From Macrostomum lignano (lineage: Eukaryota): a DNA stretch of 55,961 nucleotides. The stretch covers positions 1 to 55,961 of the forward strand of contig NIVC01004190.1 of assembly GCA_002269645.1 (NCBI GenBank). The letters run 5' to 3'. The position numbers and the translations under genes are program-made. Under the pieces are notes generated by a model. It was given only the letters and a program-made list of their open reading frames with translations. It ran no database searches and had not been told where the DNA came from. The stretch's first letter is position 1. Each line of letters starts with the position of its first letter. Below, one piece after another: positions 24,275 to 35,380 of this stretch.

Positions 24275-24695
24275 CGACGTTTGCTTGCGGGAAGTTTGCT
24301 TGCCGAACTTTGCTTGCAGGAATTTTGCTTGCCGAACTTTGCTTGCCGAGCTTTGCTTGCGGAATTTTGCTTGCCGAACTTTGCTTGCCGAACTTTGCTT
24401 GCCGAACTTTGCTTGCCGAACTTTGCTTGCCGAACTTTGCTTGCCGAAGTTTGCTTGCGGAATTTTGCCTGCCGAACTTTGCTTGCCGAACTTTGCTTGC
24501 GGAATTTTGCCTGCCGAACTTTGCTTGCCGAACTTTGCTTGCGGAATTTTGCTTGCTGAAGTTTGCTTGCCGAACTTTGCTTGCCGAACTTTGCTTGCAG
24601 GAAATTTGCTTGCAGGAACTTTGCCTGCCGAAGTTTGCTTGCCGAGCTTTGCTTGCAGGAATTTTGCTTGCCGAACTTTGCTTGCGAAATTTTGA
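24275..24695. repeat. 14-15 bp tandem array (TTTGCTTGCCGAAC / TTTGCTTGCGGAAT)
   Basis: Visible units; explains overlapping pseudo-ORFs on both strands. Confidence 0.92.
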
Positions 24696-24833
24696 TGTCT
24701 GCTTTCTAGAAATTTGCAATCACACAATCGTAAGGTTTTAACTTGCAGAATTATTTTCTTGTTTGCTTGCTTGTTTTGATTGCTTGTAAAGTTGGTCAGT
24801 CAATTGTTACTTACTTCAGATGCTTTGAGACGC

Positions 24834-24885
24834 CACACACCCTCAATTACCCCAGCTAATCTTGGCACCCATTTTACCACTGGGC
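24834..24885 (+). mobile_element. Partial second copy of the SINE-like repeat
   Basis: CACACACCCTCAATTACCCCAGCTAATCTTGGCACCCATTTTA nearly matches 20085-20125. Confidence 0.55.
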
Positions 24886-25084
24886 CCTGCGCACTCGGGG
24901 CTGCTCCGTGCATGAAAATATTAATTTTTGATGAAAATATGACAAAGGAATAAGGTATGCCTTCTGAATGTTATCCAGTGGCCATGTGTTATATTTTGCT
25001 GAATAAAATCCGCTTTGAAATCATCAAGTTGTCGTCAATGCGAGCGTACATGATAATTACCATTGTTTATTTCAGTACGCCAAA

Positions 25085-25497
25085 CTACCCAGCATACAGT
25101 GCAAATTCAGCTAAGCTGACTTCTCTTCTGTTCCTTTCGTCATAACTATGGTTGATCTTCATATATTTCACATTCGAAGCAGCGCACTCGTGCATTGAGT
25201 ACGGATGCACAAAGTCTGTGTGGATGTAACATCGAGTAAGCTCTTGTTTATAGGAATCATATAGAGTGATTTGCAGATTTCTGGAAGACGAAACATCGTA
25301 ATATTTTCTGGGCCAGACGATGAAGCCTTTTACTTTATTCGCCACTTGGTCGAGTGTGTACTGCCAGTGACTGCGGTACTCTTGAGTGCCAGCCGGTGCG
25401 TGGAGTATGTGAATTGTTACTCCGTATGTGTTCACATCGTTATCGATAGTTTTCTCACACTCGTCAAAGCTCGGATCGCATTTCATACGTATCTTGC
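25085..25497 (-). CDS. MACPF protein, terminal exon (globular C-terminal domain)
   Basis: 100-bp intron with donor C|GTAAGT (25597), branch TACTAAC and TTTCAG acceptor joins ORF 25590-28850 in frame to ...REVSLAEFALYAG*. Confidence 0.88.
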
Positions 25498-25597
25498 CTG
25501 AAAGCATGTTAGTATGAGTATTCGTATGGGTCAAACTGTACTTTAGTAAAAGCAGTAAACACTAGCTTTTAGCTATATACAGCTCCAGTTTACTTAC

Positions 25598-28500
25598 GGT
25601 AACATTTATCGGTGCCAAAGGTAGACCCAGAGTCGGGGCACAGGTCACAATGCGCCATTCCAATGCGGCGTTTCAGAGCGAAGTTCAAATCACAATTGTG
25701 GCATCCTTTGGCACCGGATTCGCTAACGTAGGTGCCAGCGGGACATTTGGAGCACTCACCGCTGCCTGAGCTGCCAGAGAAAGTGCCTGCTGGGCACAGA
25801 GAGCAGCTGGCAGCGTTTCCAACTGAGAATGAGCCTGCTTCGCAAAGCTGGCAAGGTGCGGAGCCTGCTTTACTCCAGCTTCCAGCAGGGCACTGGCTGC
25901 AGTTTGTTGAGCCCATTTGGTCAGCAAAGGTCCCAGAAGGACAAACGGTGCATTCCGATGCAGCAAGACCGGAATACTTCCCCAGCGGACACATTCTCTG
26001 TTCCGAACGGCCTTCCGTATCGACGTACCACCCTGGCTTGGAGCTCTTACAGTGCGTCTGGTTTGCCTGTGGCTGGTAGAATCCCCGGGGACACGGGGTG
26101 CAAGAAGCTGATCCGACTCGACTGGAATAGCTGCCTTTGGCACAAAAAATGCAATTTGCCGATCCCGGGCTGGGACTGAACGAGCCTGCAGGGCACTGGC
26201 TGCAGTTTGTTGAGGATATTAGGTCAGCAAAGCTTCCAGCAGGGCACGGGGTGCAAGACGCTGACCCAGAACGACTGGAATAGCTGCCTTCGGCACACGA
26301 AGTGCAATTTACTGATCCCGCGCTGGGAGTGAACGAGCCTGCAGGGCACTTGGCGCAAGGGATGCCCTCGACTGGACTGAACTCGCCCCTCTTGCAGTTG
26401 TTGGCGCAGCTCACTGAGCCCTCAGCACTCGACGTTCCAGCAGGGCAAGCAGTGCAGGATTTCTGACCTGGCTTGTCGGCGAAGAACCCCGCAGAGCACA
26501 ACTGGCACTGCGTCTGTCTCTCTGCTTTATTGAACTGTCCCACTGGACAGGGAGTGCACTCCGTTTGACCTCGCTGAGCTGCGAACAAGCCGGCACTGCA
26601 GGCCCCGCACGAAGCAGATCCGTTAAACCTGCTCGCTGTTCCAACATGGCACTGCTGGCACTGTACCGATCCTGGCTTGGAAGCAAAATTTCCTGGACTG
26701 CAGAGCATGCAACTCACAGTCGCTTGTGATACAGAAAAACTTCCAGGAGCGCATGGCAAGCAGTTATGATTTCCCGTTGTGTTCTTGAAAGTACCTGGTT
26801 GGCAGGGCACGCACAGATTTTCCTTGCTGTCACTCAGTTGGTAGCCAACTGGACACTCTGGCAAGCACTGCACTGTCCTGACTCTCCTGCCCCCAATAGA
26901 ATTCCACAATTCAACGCGCACATTGCGACACTGGAAGCAGCTCGTGTCATCTTTTGCTAGATTGCAGTCGATGCACTCTTTGTGACAATCCAGGATGCAG
27001 TGACCATCAACCAGCTTGTAGTTATTGTTCAAACACTCCACCTGCGGCATGTCCTTGGTGAGGTGAATGTCCATCAGCGACACAGACTTCGAGCCCGCTC
27101 CGAACGTGTAGAAAGACAGGCGGCTGTACTGGCTGTCCGGTCGGAACTTGTACCCAGAGTAGACAGTGCCGATCTCGCTGTTCGAGCCCGCCTTACCGAA
27201 CTGCATTAGAACTGATCCATTGGCCTGATTCACACACAAGAAGTAGGACTGGTACAGGTTCTTGTCTCCAAGTGTCCCCATTCCCTTCTGATAGTCTCTC
27301 TTCTGCGGTTTCATTGCTTTGTAGAATGTCACTCCATCCATATTTATCTGCAGGTAGTACCATGTTGTGTGGTCTCTTGGTATGGACGCGAATATAACAA
27401 AGATGTCTCCAGCAGTCGCAGCCGTAAAGTAAAGGCAGTTTTCTTCCCTATCAGGGTCCAGTCTGTGAGAGTTCAACCACCGAACGTTGCACGGAATTGA
27501 CGCCGCATCAGTCGAGTCTGTGCCTTTTTGCCCTTCTATCCGAGAAGCCCTAGCAACCGTGGTACCCTCTATCCAGTCTGGAAGGTTTGGGTTGCGTCGC
27601 TTTGATGCAATAAAGTCCAGCGGATCGATATGGAAGAAGCCTGTCTCCTCCTCATAGATACAGATTTTAGTCTCAGCTGGCTTGAAGCCTTCCAGCTGAC
27701 AGCCTTCGTACAGGTGTGCATGATGGTGCCCTGGCTCGGTCGCAAACCACCTGTCTTTTAGATACGTCATCACATACTTGGCTTGCGATTTCAACAAGTT
27801 CGGAATATCCTGGGGCAGATCAAAAGAGATTAAAAACGGGGACTTCTTGAGCTGCAGAAACGTCAGTGTGTTGTTATTTGAGTTAAACACGTCGATCTTG
27901 GCCAGTGTAGAGCTCTCACAACCGGGTTGCCCTGCTTTCAACTCGTGTGAGGAGGTTGGGAAAGGACCTTCCGTCATGTACGCAGCTACGGCTTTCTCCA
28001 GTGAGAGTCTTCGTCTCTTTAGAGCGTTCTTAAAGTCTTGTTGGTTCTTGTATTTGCAGTAGATTTTAACCAATTTAGTTTTTGTCTTATTGTTAGCAAA
28101 GTAAGTCTCCTCATCGAGGTAGTAGTGACGACGAGTTTTGGGCTCCGTCAAAATATTCACTTTGCTTCCCGCACTTCCAATACAGCCAAAGTCGCGGTTT
28201 CCAGCCGGAAACAGGTCGTCCATGTTCATGTCGAACAGCTGATCGATGGGCTTCAGCTTGAACTCGAACGGCTTCACATAGTCATTGATGGAGGCGATCC
28301 ACCTGTGGTACAGCTCCTTGAATGCCGGAGTGTAAAAGTCAACGAGGGCTTCTGCGATCTCCGGAGTTCCTCCCTGAGCCTCGACGGTGGTCTGGGTAAA
28401 CTCGGGCCCGCTAAAACTGTGGGACTCTTGATTACGTTCATTTCTTGTGCTTCTGTACTGGCTCTCCGACCTTTCACTGCTCGATTTTGTTGTAGTCGTT

Positions 28501-29942
28501 TTCTTTCCGCCAAAACCCAAAAAGCCTGTCCAAGTGGTTTCCTGAGAATACTTTGACTGCAGCAATGAAAAAATTGACTGGAACTCGGTCTCAGCCAGAC
28601 TGGCAAACTCTTCCGACGACGCAAACTTGTTTGTCTTTGCTCTCATTGTGATTTTTAGCTGACCGCCGAACTTTCCAGACCGGATAAAATGCGTGCCCCA
28701 GCGTAGCAGAAAGTCTTGAAATTTGCTGGCAGCGCCAACTGAAGAGTAGGACTCTGGAAGACTCATGTAGTCTCTGAGCGCAGCGAAGTTGATGTCATTG
28801 GGCTTTACATCATCCAGTGAAATTTTGTACATGATTACACTCACATACATGATGGCAAAGAAATCGTCAGTAGAACCTTGTTTTCTTGCAGCCTGGGAAT
28901 ACTGTGAATTTTTTTAGGCCGATTGACTGCTAGTGGTTGATGACGAGCTGCCAGAGCTTTCTCCTGACCCAGATGAAAGCGAGCCACCCACCGCGCCACC
29001 GAGCGCCGCTCCCAAGGCCGCTCCCGCAGGCCCACCCGCTATGGCTCCAATAGCACCACCGACGATTCCACCTATCGCACCGAGATTGAACCCAGACGCC
29101 TCAGAAGTGCTGTGCTGGCGAGCCTCGCTCAAGAACAAATTTCGCTGCTCTGACAGACCGGCTTTGTCCCTGATGTAGCTCATGTACTCGTCCGCAGACC
29201 GGAACGACTTGGTCTCAGCTGTGGTCTCGAAGATGCCAAACACGTTCATCGTGTCGGGCACGTCCTTGTCCAGGAAGGTGGCCATGCTGGAGCAGTAGCG
29301 CTGCACCAGACTGGCTTTGCGGCTCTCGATCTTGTAGAATCCTCGTCCGTCGAAGCCGACGCCGATGTACGCGGCAGCGTCCAGGAGGTTCATGCAGATT
29401 GTATTGCCCTTGCCAGGCACCTTGCTGGAGTAGCATTTGCTAGTCTTGGGATATGATGCACCTGTGCACCCATTCATCAACACCGGACCAACCCCCATTG
29501 GATAGACATAGACGGGCATCTTGTCTTTTGCCTCTTCCTTCTTTTTGTCAGGCTCACCCACGGTCTCCGTCATCACCCAACCCGTAGGCTGATAGTTGGA
29601 GAATCCGTTGAAGCCCTGCTCGGCCTGCAGACTGATGGATCTCGTGCCTGCTTTCTGCGTCTTTGCCGAACGCTCGTTCAGCATGTTCTTTAGAATTTCC
29701 TTGGTGATGAGTGGGGTGGCTTGACCGTCAGTTGATTGCGTGAGATCATCCAGCAAGTCCTTGGTCTTCTTGTCTGAGTTGCTGATTGCGTTTGCAGTCG
29801 CGTCTACAGCCGGACTGTACTGCTCCAGGGCGTTGGCATCGACAGTCTTGCTGGTGTCTTTTTCTGCAGCTTCAACTTGAAATCCAAGCAATGCAATTGC
29901 GATCACTGCAGCCAGACAGGTGTGCATTTTCGAAGCCAGCAA
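25598..29942 (-). CDS. Secreted MACPF (perforin-like) protein with tandem Cys-rich CxxC repeats, exon 1; one in-frame TAA at 28916-28914
   Basis: Signal peptide MHTCLAAVIAIALLGFQVEA; YIGVGFDG; MACPF signature FLLRWGTHFIRSGKFGG; furin-like Cys segment; many CxxCPAG(S/T)F repeats (ephrin-receptor-like/GCC type). ORFs 28914-29942 and 25590-28850 share one frame. Confidence 0.9.
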
Positions 29943-30991
29943 GTTGCTTCAGATGGGAGTAAAACTCGATTCGTTTTGACGCTTCTTGAATCAGTTCGAG
30001 TCTGGTCTGGAGGGGTTTTGATAGCAAATATGAAAGTGAGCATTGTCCAATGTACTGAAATTTTGATGTATCTAGATACTAAAATCATTTGAACAGATGG
30101 GGCCCGCTCCAGATTGTTCTTTTGTCCACTCACCCACGCTCGCGCTACCCGTGTTCAATTGGCGATCCTCAGCTACCCCTTCTACGATAGCGTTTAACCT
30201 GCACTGGTAGTCCGCGCCTTCTCGGATCTACCAAGAGTATACGCCTGTATACGAGTGAGAGTTCTAAGCTGCTATACAAATCCACGTAAGCTGTTGGTCT
30301 TTTTTGTCCGTTTTTTGAGCTTGTGTGGCTTAGAAATTAAGCCGGAAAAAGGAGCGTCAACTGGCACAGTGATCAATGTTTGTTCACTGTTGATAAGTGC
30401 CCGAATTGGGGTATCAAACCTCTGAGGAGTAGTAACCCCCACTCCAGAGGAGTAATACCCTTACTCTAGGGGATTAATAGCTCGTACCCCGTGGAATTCC
30501 AAATACGAGCGTACTTGAATTCTTATAAAATCGTGATTCTGGCGTTAAGATCAAATAAAAATTAATAAAAGTTTAGATTCTGCTGCTAATGTTTGACTGC
30601 ATTTCTTATTTTTCCGTTTGCTGAACAAGATATATATTGAAACTTTGCGTTGCTAAGTCGGGTACCTATCGTTTCGCCGATTATCGTTTAGCCGAATCTC
30701 ACTTTGCCGATTCTCGGTTCGCCGATTCTCGTTTCGCCGAAAGTGATAATGTTTCACCTTTTGAAGGCAGGTGAAAACGACCCCTCTCTCTCATTCTTCG
30801 TCTGACCATAAAGATCTAGAACTAGAAGCTAGAAGCTACTTAAAGCTACTAGATCTAGATTTCCTTGGTCTTACTCACCCCACGAGTGGATGTACAAAGA
30901 CCCACCCTTCCCCTCCCCTCTCGGCAAGTTTGCTTGGCCAGTCTGGCTCCAACATGCCCCCAAGGCCCACATCCACACCAACTCCGGTCTA

Positions 30992-31120
30992 CTGTCCCCT
31001 GGCTAACTTCAAAACTGAAGTCAAGACACTCTCTGCTGTCCCCTGGCTAACTTCAAAACTGAAGTCAAGACACTCTCTGCTGTCCCCTGGCTAACTTCAA
31101 AACTGAATTCAGTGCACTCG
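30992..31120. repeat. 44-bp tandem repeat, ~3 copies
   Basis: CTGTCCCCTGGCTAACTTCAAAACTGAAGTCAAGACACTCTCTG at 30992, 31036, 31080. Confidence 0.9.
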
Positions 31121-31444
31121 CTGCTGTCGGTATGCATTTTTAATCAGAAAACAATAGCATTAAATAAAATGCTAATTTTAAAAATAGAAAAAGTTTAACT
31201 TGTTTGAACTCGAAAAAATTATACCCTATTTTGGGGTATCAATGGGCAAAATAGTGCCCCAAATCATTGACTATTAACCCTTGGGGTTACTAATTGGGGA
31301 AAAAGAACCCTGCCACAGAGTCGTACGGAATTACTCGAGCAGTCTGGTCCCAGTGACTGTAAGTGGCCGTGGCAACCTGGTCTGCACACGAGCTTGGGTT
31401 GGCGGGGATTTTCTCTGGCTCTCCGCCCCAAACACGACAAGAGG

Positions 31445-32335
31445 AATGGGGAAGGAGAGGGATGGGGAAGGAGAGGGATGGGGAAGGAGAGGGATGGGGA
31501 AGGAGAGGGATGGGGAAGGAGAGGGATGGGGAAGGAGAGGGATGGGGAAGGAGAGGGATGGGGAAGGAGAGGGATGGGAAGGAGAGAGATGGGGAAGGAG
31601 AGAGATGGGGAAGGAGAGAGATGGGGAAGGAGAGAGATGGGAAGGAGAGAGAGATGGGAAGGAGAGAGATGAGGAAGGAGAGAGATGGAGAAGGAGAGAG
31701 ATGGGAAGGAGAGAGATGGGAAGGAGAGAGATGGGGAAGGAGAGAGATGGAGAAATAGAGAGATGGAAAGGAGAGAGATGGGGAAGGAGAGAGATGGGGA
31801 AGGAGAGAGATGGGGAAGGAGAGAGAAGGGGAAGGAGAGGGATGGGGAAATAGAGAGATGGGAAGGAGAGAGATGGGGAAGGAGAGAGATGGGAAGGAGA
31901 GAGATGGAGAAGGAGAGAGATGGGGAAGGAGAGAGATGGGGAAGGAGTGGGATGGGGAAGAAGAGGGATAAGGAAGGAGAGGGATGGGGAAATAGAGAGA
32001 TGGGAAGGAGAGAGATGGGAAGGAGAGAGATGGGAAGGAGAGAGAGATGGGAAGGAGAGAGATGAGGAAGGAGAGAGATGGAGAAGGAGAGAGATGGGGA
32101 AATAGAGAGATGGGAAGGAGAGAGATGGGGAAGGAGAGAGATGGGGAAATAGAGAGATGGAAAGGAGAGAGATGGGGAAGGAGAGAGATGGGGAAGGAGA
32201 GAGATGGGGAAGGAGAGAGATGGGGAAGGAGAGGGATGGGGAAGGAGAGAGATGGGGAAGGAGAGAGATGGGGGAGGAGAGGGATGGGGGAAAAGATGGA
32301 TGGAGAAGGAGAGAGATGGGGAAGGAGAGAGATGG
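31445..32335. repeat. Purine-rich (GA) degenerate minisatellite, GGGGAAGGAGAGRGAT-type
   Basis: Visible; explains the SPSLSFP/GEGERW pseudo-ORFs. Confidence 0.93.
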
Positions 32336-32507
32336 CAAAACTGCCTACTACATTGACTCGTGTCTGCGAAACAACCAAAACCGACCTCAATGTGAATTGA
32401 AGAATATGAAAAAATTCCAATGTGCCCAATTTTATGCAACGAAAACCCCGTGCAGGGATAGCAAAATATTTCTTAAATAATCTACACTTACTGATTGGAA
32501 TATCAAC

Positions 32508-32635
32508 AGCCTGAGAAGGGAAAGGCAGACACGAGAGCAGATGAAGAGCGGCTCAGTGACGGCAGACAGCCTGAGAAGGGAAAGGCAGACACGAGAGCAG
32601 ATGAAGAGCGGCTCAGTGACGGCAGACAGCCTGAA
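32508..32635. repeat. 60-bp tandem duplication (2 copies plus partial)
   Basis: CAGCCTGAGAAGGGAAAGG... at 32508 and 32568. Confidence 0.9.
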
Positions 32636-34216
32636 AAAATGACTCACCAGACGTGAATGCCGAGCTGGTCTCCTGACGAGATTTCTTCGCCTCGCTTCGC
32701 TGTCGAAGAGTTCGAAGCCGCATTTATGGAGGCTGCTGCCGAGCCAGAAAGTTTCGAGCCGCACGGAATCCCAGCAACGGAATTTTATGAAGAGATCGAA
32801 CGAAGACAGGCCGAACATCATGTTATTTCAGTTTTAAGTTTGAATTTCTTTCTAACTTCTTTTCAAAACTTTATCAACTAGAATAAGTTTCAGAAACTTT
32901 AACTAAAATAATGTGAACGCATTTCAAGTCGCGTAGCTAATCGAACTAAAGTTTTTAATCAATTTTAATAGTTGCACTAAATTTCTGAAGTGAATTTTCT
33001 CCATGGGTGCAAAGTTCTGGTTGGTTAAACTGATTGATTTCTTTGCTGTATGAAATTATACAAAAAATGCGGGATTTTTGTGCCCAAATTTTTATTTGAG
33101 GAATGCAAGGTTCGGTCGTCATGGCTGCAAGCTGCTAGTGAGTGTTGTGTCTTTAGCCAACAAATAAAAGGCGGAGGTTTGATAGAAAATAAATGCAGCC
33201 GTTTTGGTCTGCTTGTAGCCTTAGTTCTGGCTATTTCTTATTCCTTTTATTTCCTATGGGCTGTTTGCCTCAGATCACATCCGAGGGCCTGTACCCCAGG
33301 CGCCGTCAGCACCATAGACAGCTTCCCAGCTGCATACAAGCGTAGCATAAGCACATGTGAATTCGCACTTGTACAAAGCGTATAAATAGCAGAACTTGTC
33401 CACAACAGTGAGACCAGATAATATTGAGTACATGCTATCGATAAAAAACAGTTTTTAATATCTGCGGTATCTACCGGCAATCAGCGCCCCCTCCCGTCTG
33501 GGTGGGGGGCAACAAAGAAAGGAGTAATTGTTTTTAATAAAATAAATATGTGTTTTGACCTTGCATCGTTATTAATCTAAGAAAAATAACGTTTAAAGCA
33601 AATAAGCATCAGACCTGAAAGCCAGCTGCCTAGTCTAAGACATCAGCATCCCCTGTGAGCTCCGGCATCAAAGTCTCTCTTTCAGCCATGGCTCAACCCT
33701 AACTCTCCTTTTGAATTTTCAACTGGCCCTCGGCACCTCAGCAACCCCCCCCCAATATGAGTAACAGCAATTCAGCATTCCCTCATGAGCATTTACAGCT
33801 CAGCTATCCCCGGTAAGCCTTGAAATCTCAGCGATTCTCGCCAAGAGTCACCGCATTATAGCATCGCATAGCACGAGAAATGCCCGCCGAGATTTGCCCG
33901 CAGGAGATTTGCCCGCCGAGATTTGCCCGTCGAGGTTTGCCCGCAAAGCTTTTTTCCTGCAGCGCATTTGGCCACGCGGCAGATTTTGTCTTCATTGCCT
34001 CCCCAATGCTCAGTAAGTCTTAATACAAAGATTTACACGATCAAAACGTTTCGATAGTAACTGCATCAAATGGTATATTTTTGGGGGGGGGGGGTGATGC
34101 AGACAGAATCTAGCTGCCAAAAACCAGGTTTAAGTAGCCGTTTTTAAGAAACCTGGTTTTTTAAACTCTTGGCCTGTACTTTCATTTTATTACCTTCGAA
34201 TTATTACAAAATATTG

Positions 34217-34257
34217 TCACCTGACGATGCTGAAAGTTACAGCGAAACATGTTGTGA
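34217..34257 (+). ncRNA. Minimal type I hammerhead ribozyme (Penelope-like element type)
   Basis: TCAC-CTGACGA-T-GCTG aaagtta CAGC-GAAA-C AT G-T-T-GTGA: both catalytic boxes, 4-bp stem II, palindromic AACATGTT stem III, TCAC/GTGA stem I, followed by AATAAA. Confidence 0.75.
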
Positions 34258-35027
34258 ATAAAATAAAATATTTTTCGTCATAGTATTCGTCAACAATATC
34301 CATTGTAAGGAATGCCAATGTTTGCAATTATATTCTTGTTTTTTTGCATTTCTTAAGCGAAGTAGCATTCCTAAAATTTAATTCTAATAAAAAACCTTTA
34401 CACCTAGTAAAAACTTCAATTCGACTTAGGTTATGACCTAATTTATTTCTCAGTCGGTCAGTATCAGTCTCCATTAAGGCTAGCAATATGGTTTCGCAAT
34501 CTAAATCAAGCCAAAGCTGAGATGCAGATTTCACACTGTGACGAATTCAACTGGAACTCACACTTCAGCCAGTATGACGATAAATATATAAAAGCCTGTT
34601 GTGATGCAGAGTCAGAGTTCAGTCAGTCATTTTTTCTACAATTTTTTCATTGAAAAGCCAGCTTAACCTTTGCAAAAAGCATGTTTTTCGAAAATTTACT
34701 TCCTTTTTCTAAGAGAAATTCACTCACTTGCTCACTTGAAGCATCAAGTCGAACATAATAGAGGCACCATGTAAAACATAAGCGAAGCGTCATGTCAAAC
34801 ATAATAAAAGCGTCATGTTACACTTAAAAGAAGCATTATGTCAGAAAGTATATATAAAAGAAGCATAATTTAAAAAATTAAAGAAGCGTCATCTCGAACA
34901 TAAAAGATTCTTTGAGGAAAGCTAGGATGTCAAGGCTCGTGGAAAATATATCTGAGATCAAAGCTGGTATAATATTCTTGGTATAATTCTTGTGACTGTT
35001 AGGGAGAATTGATCAGATGTCAAGGTT

Positions 35028-35380
35028 TACTGGGGGAGTTTCTGCGATGTCAAGGCTTACTGGGGGATTTGCTGCGATGTCCATGCTTACTGGGGGATTT
35101 GCTGCGATGTCAAGGCTTACTGGGGGATTTGCTGCGATGTCAAGGCTTACTGGGGGATTTGCTGCAGTGTCAAGGCTTACTGGGGGATTTGCTGCAGTGT
35201 CAAGGCTTACTGGGGGATTTGCTGCGATGTCAAGGCTTACTGGGGGATTTGCTGCGATGTCAAGGCTTACTGGGGGATTTGCTGCGATGTCAAGGCTTAC
35301 TGGGGGATTTGCTGCGATGTCAAGGCTTACTGGGGGATTTGCTGCGATGTCAAGGCTTACTGGGGGATTTGCTGCGATGC
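35028..35380. repeat. 30-bp minisatellite (GATTTGCTGCGATGTCAAGGCTTACTGGGG)n, ~11-12 copies
   Basis: Visible units; 10-aa periodic pseudo-ORFs. Confidence 0.95.

Noticed and set aside
28914-28916. Alternative genetic code (TAA read as sense) to explain the MACPF stop
   Set aside because: Only one internal TAA in over 1500 codons; such codes are organellar or protist, and this is an intron-containing nuclear gene.
31264-32480. Multiple long SPSLSFP / GEGERW ORFs
   Set aside because: Low-complexity GA repeat lacking stops in several frames.
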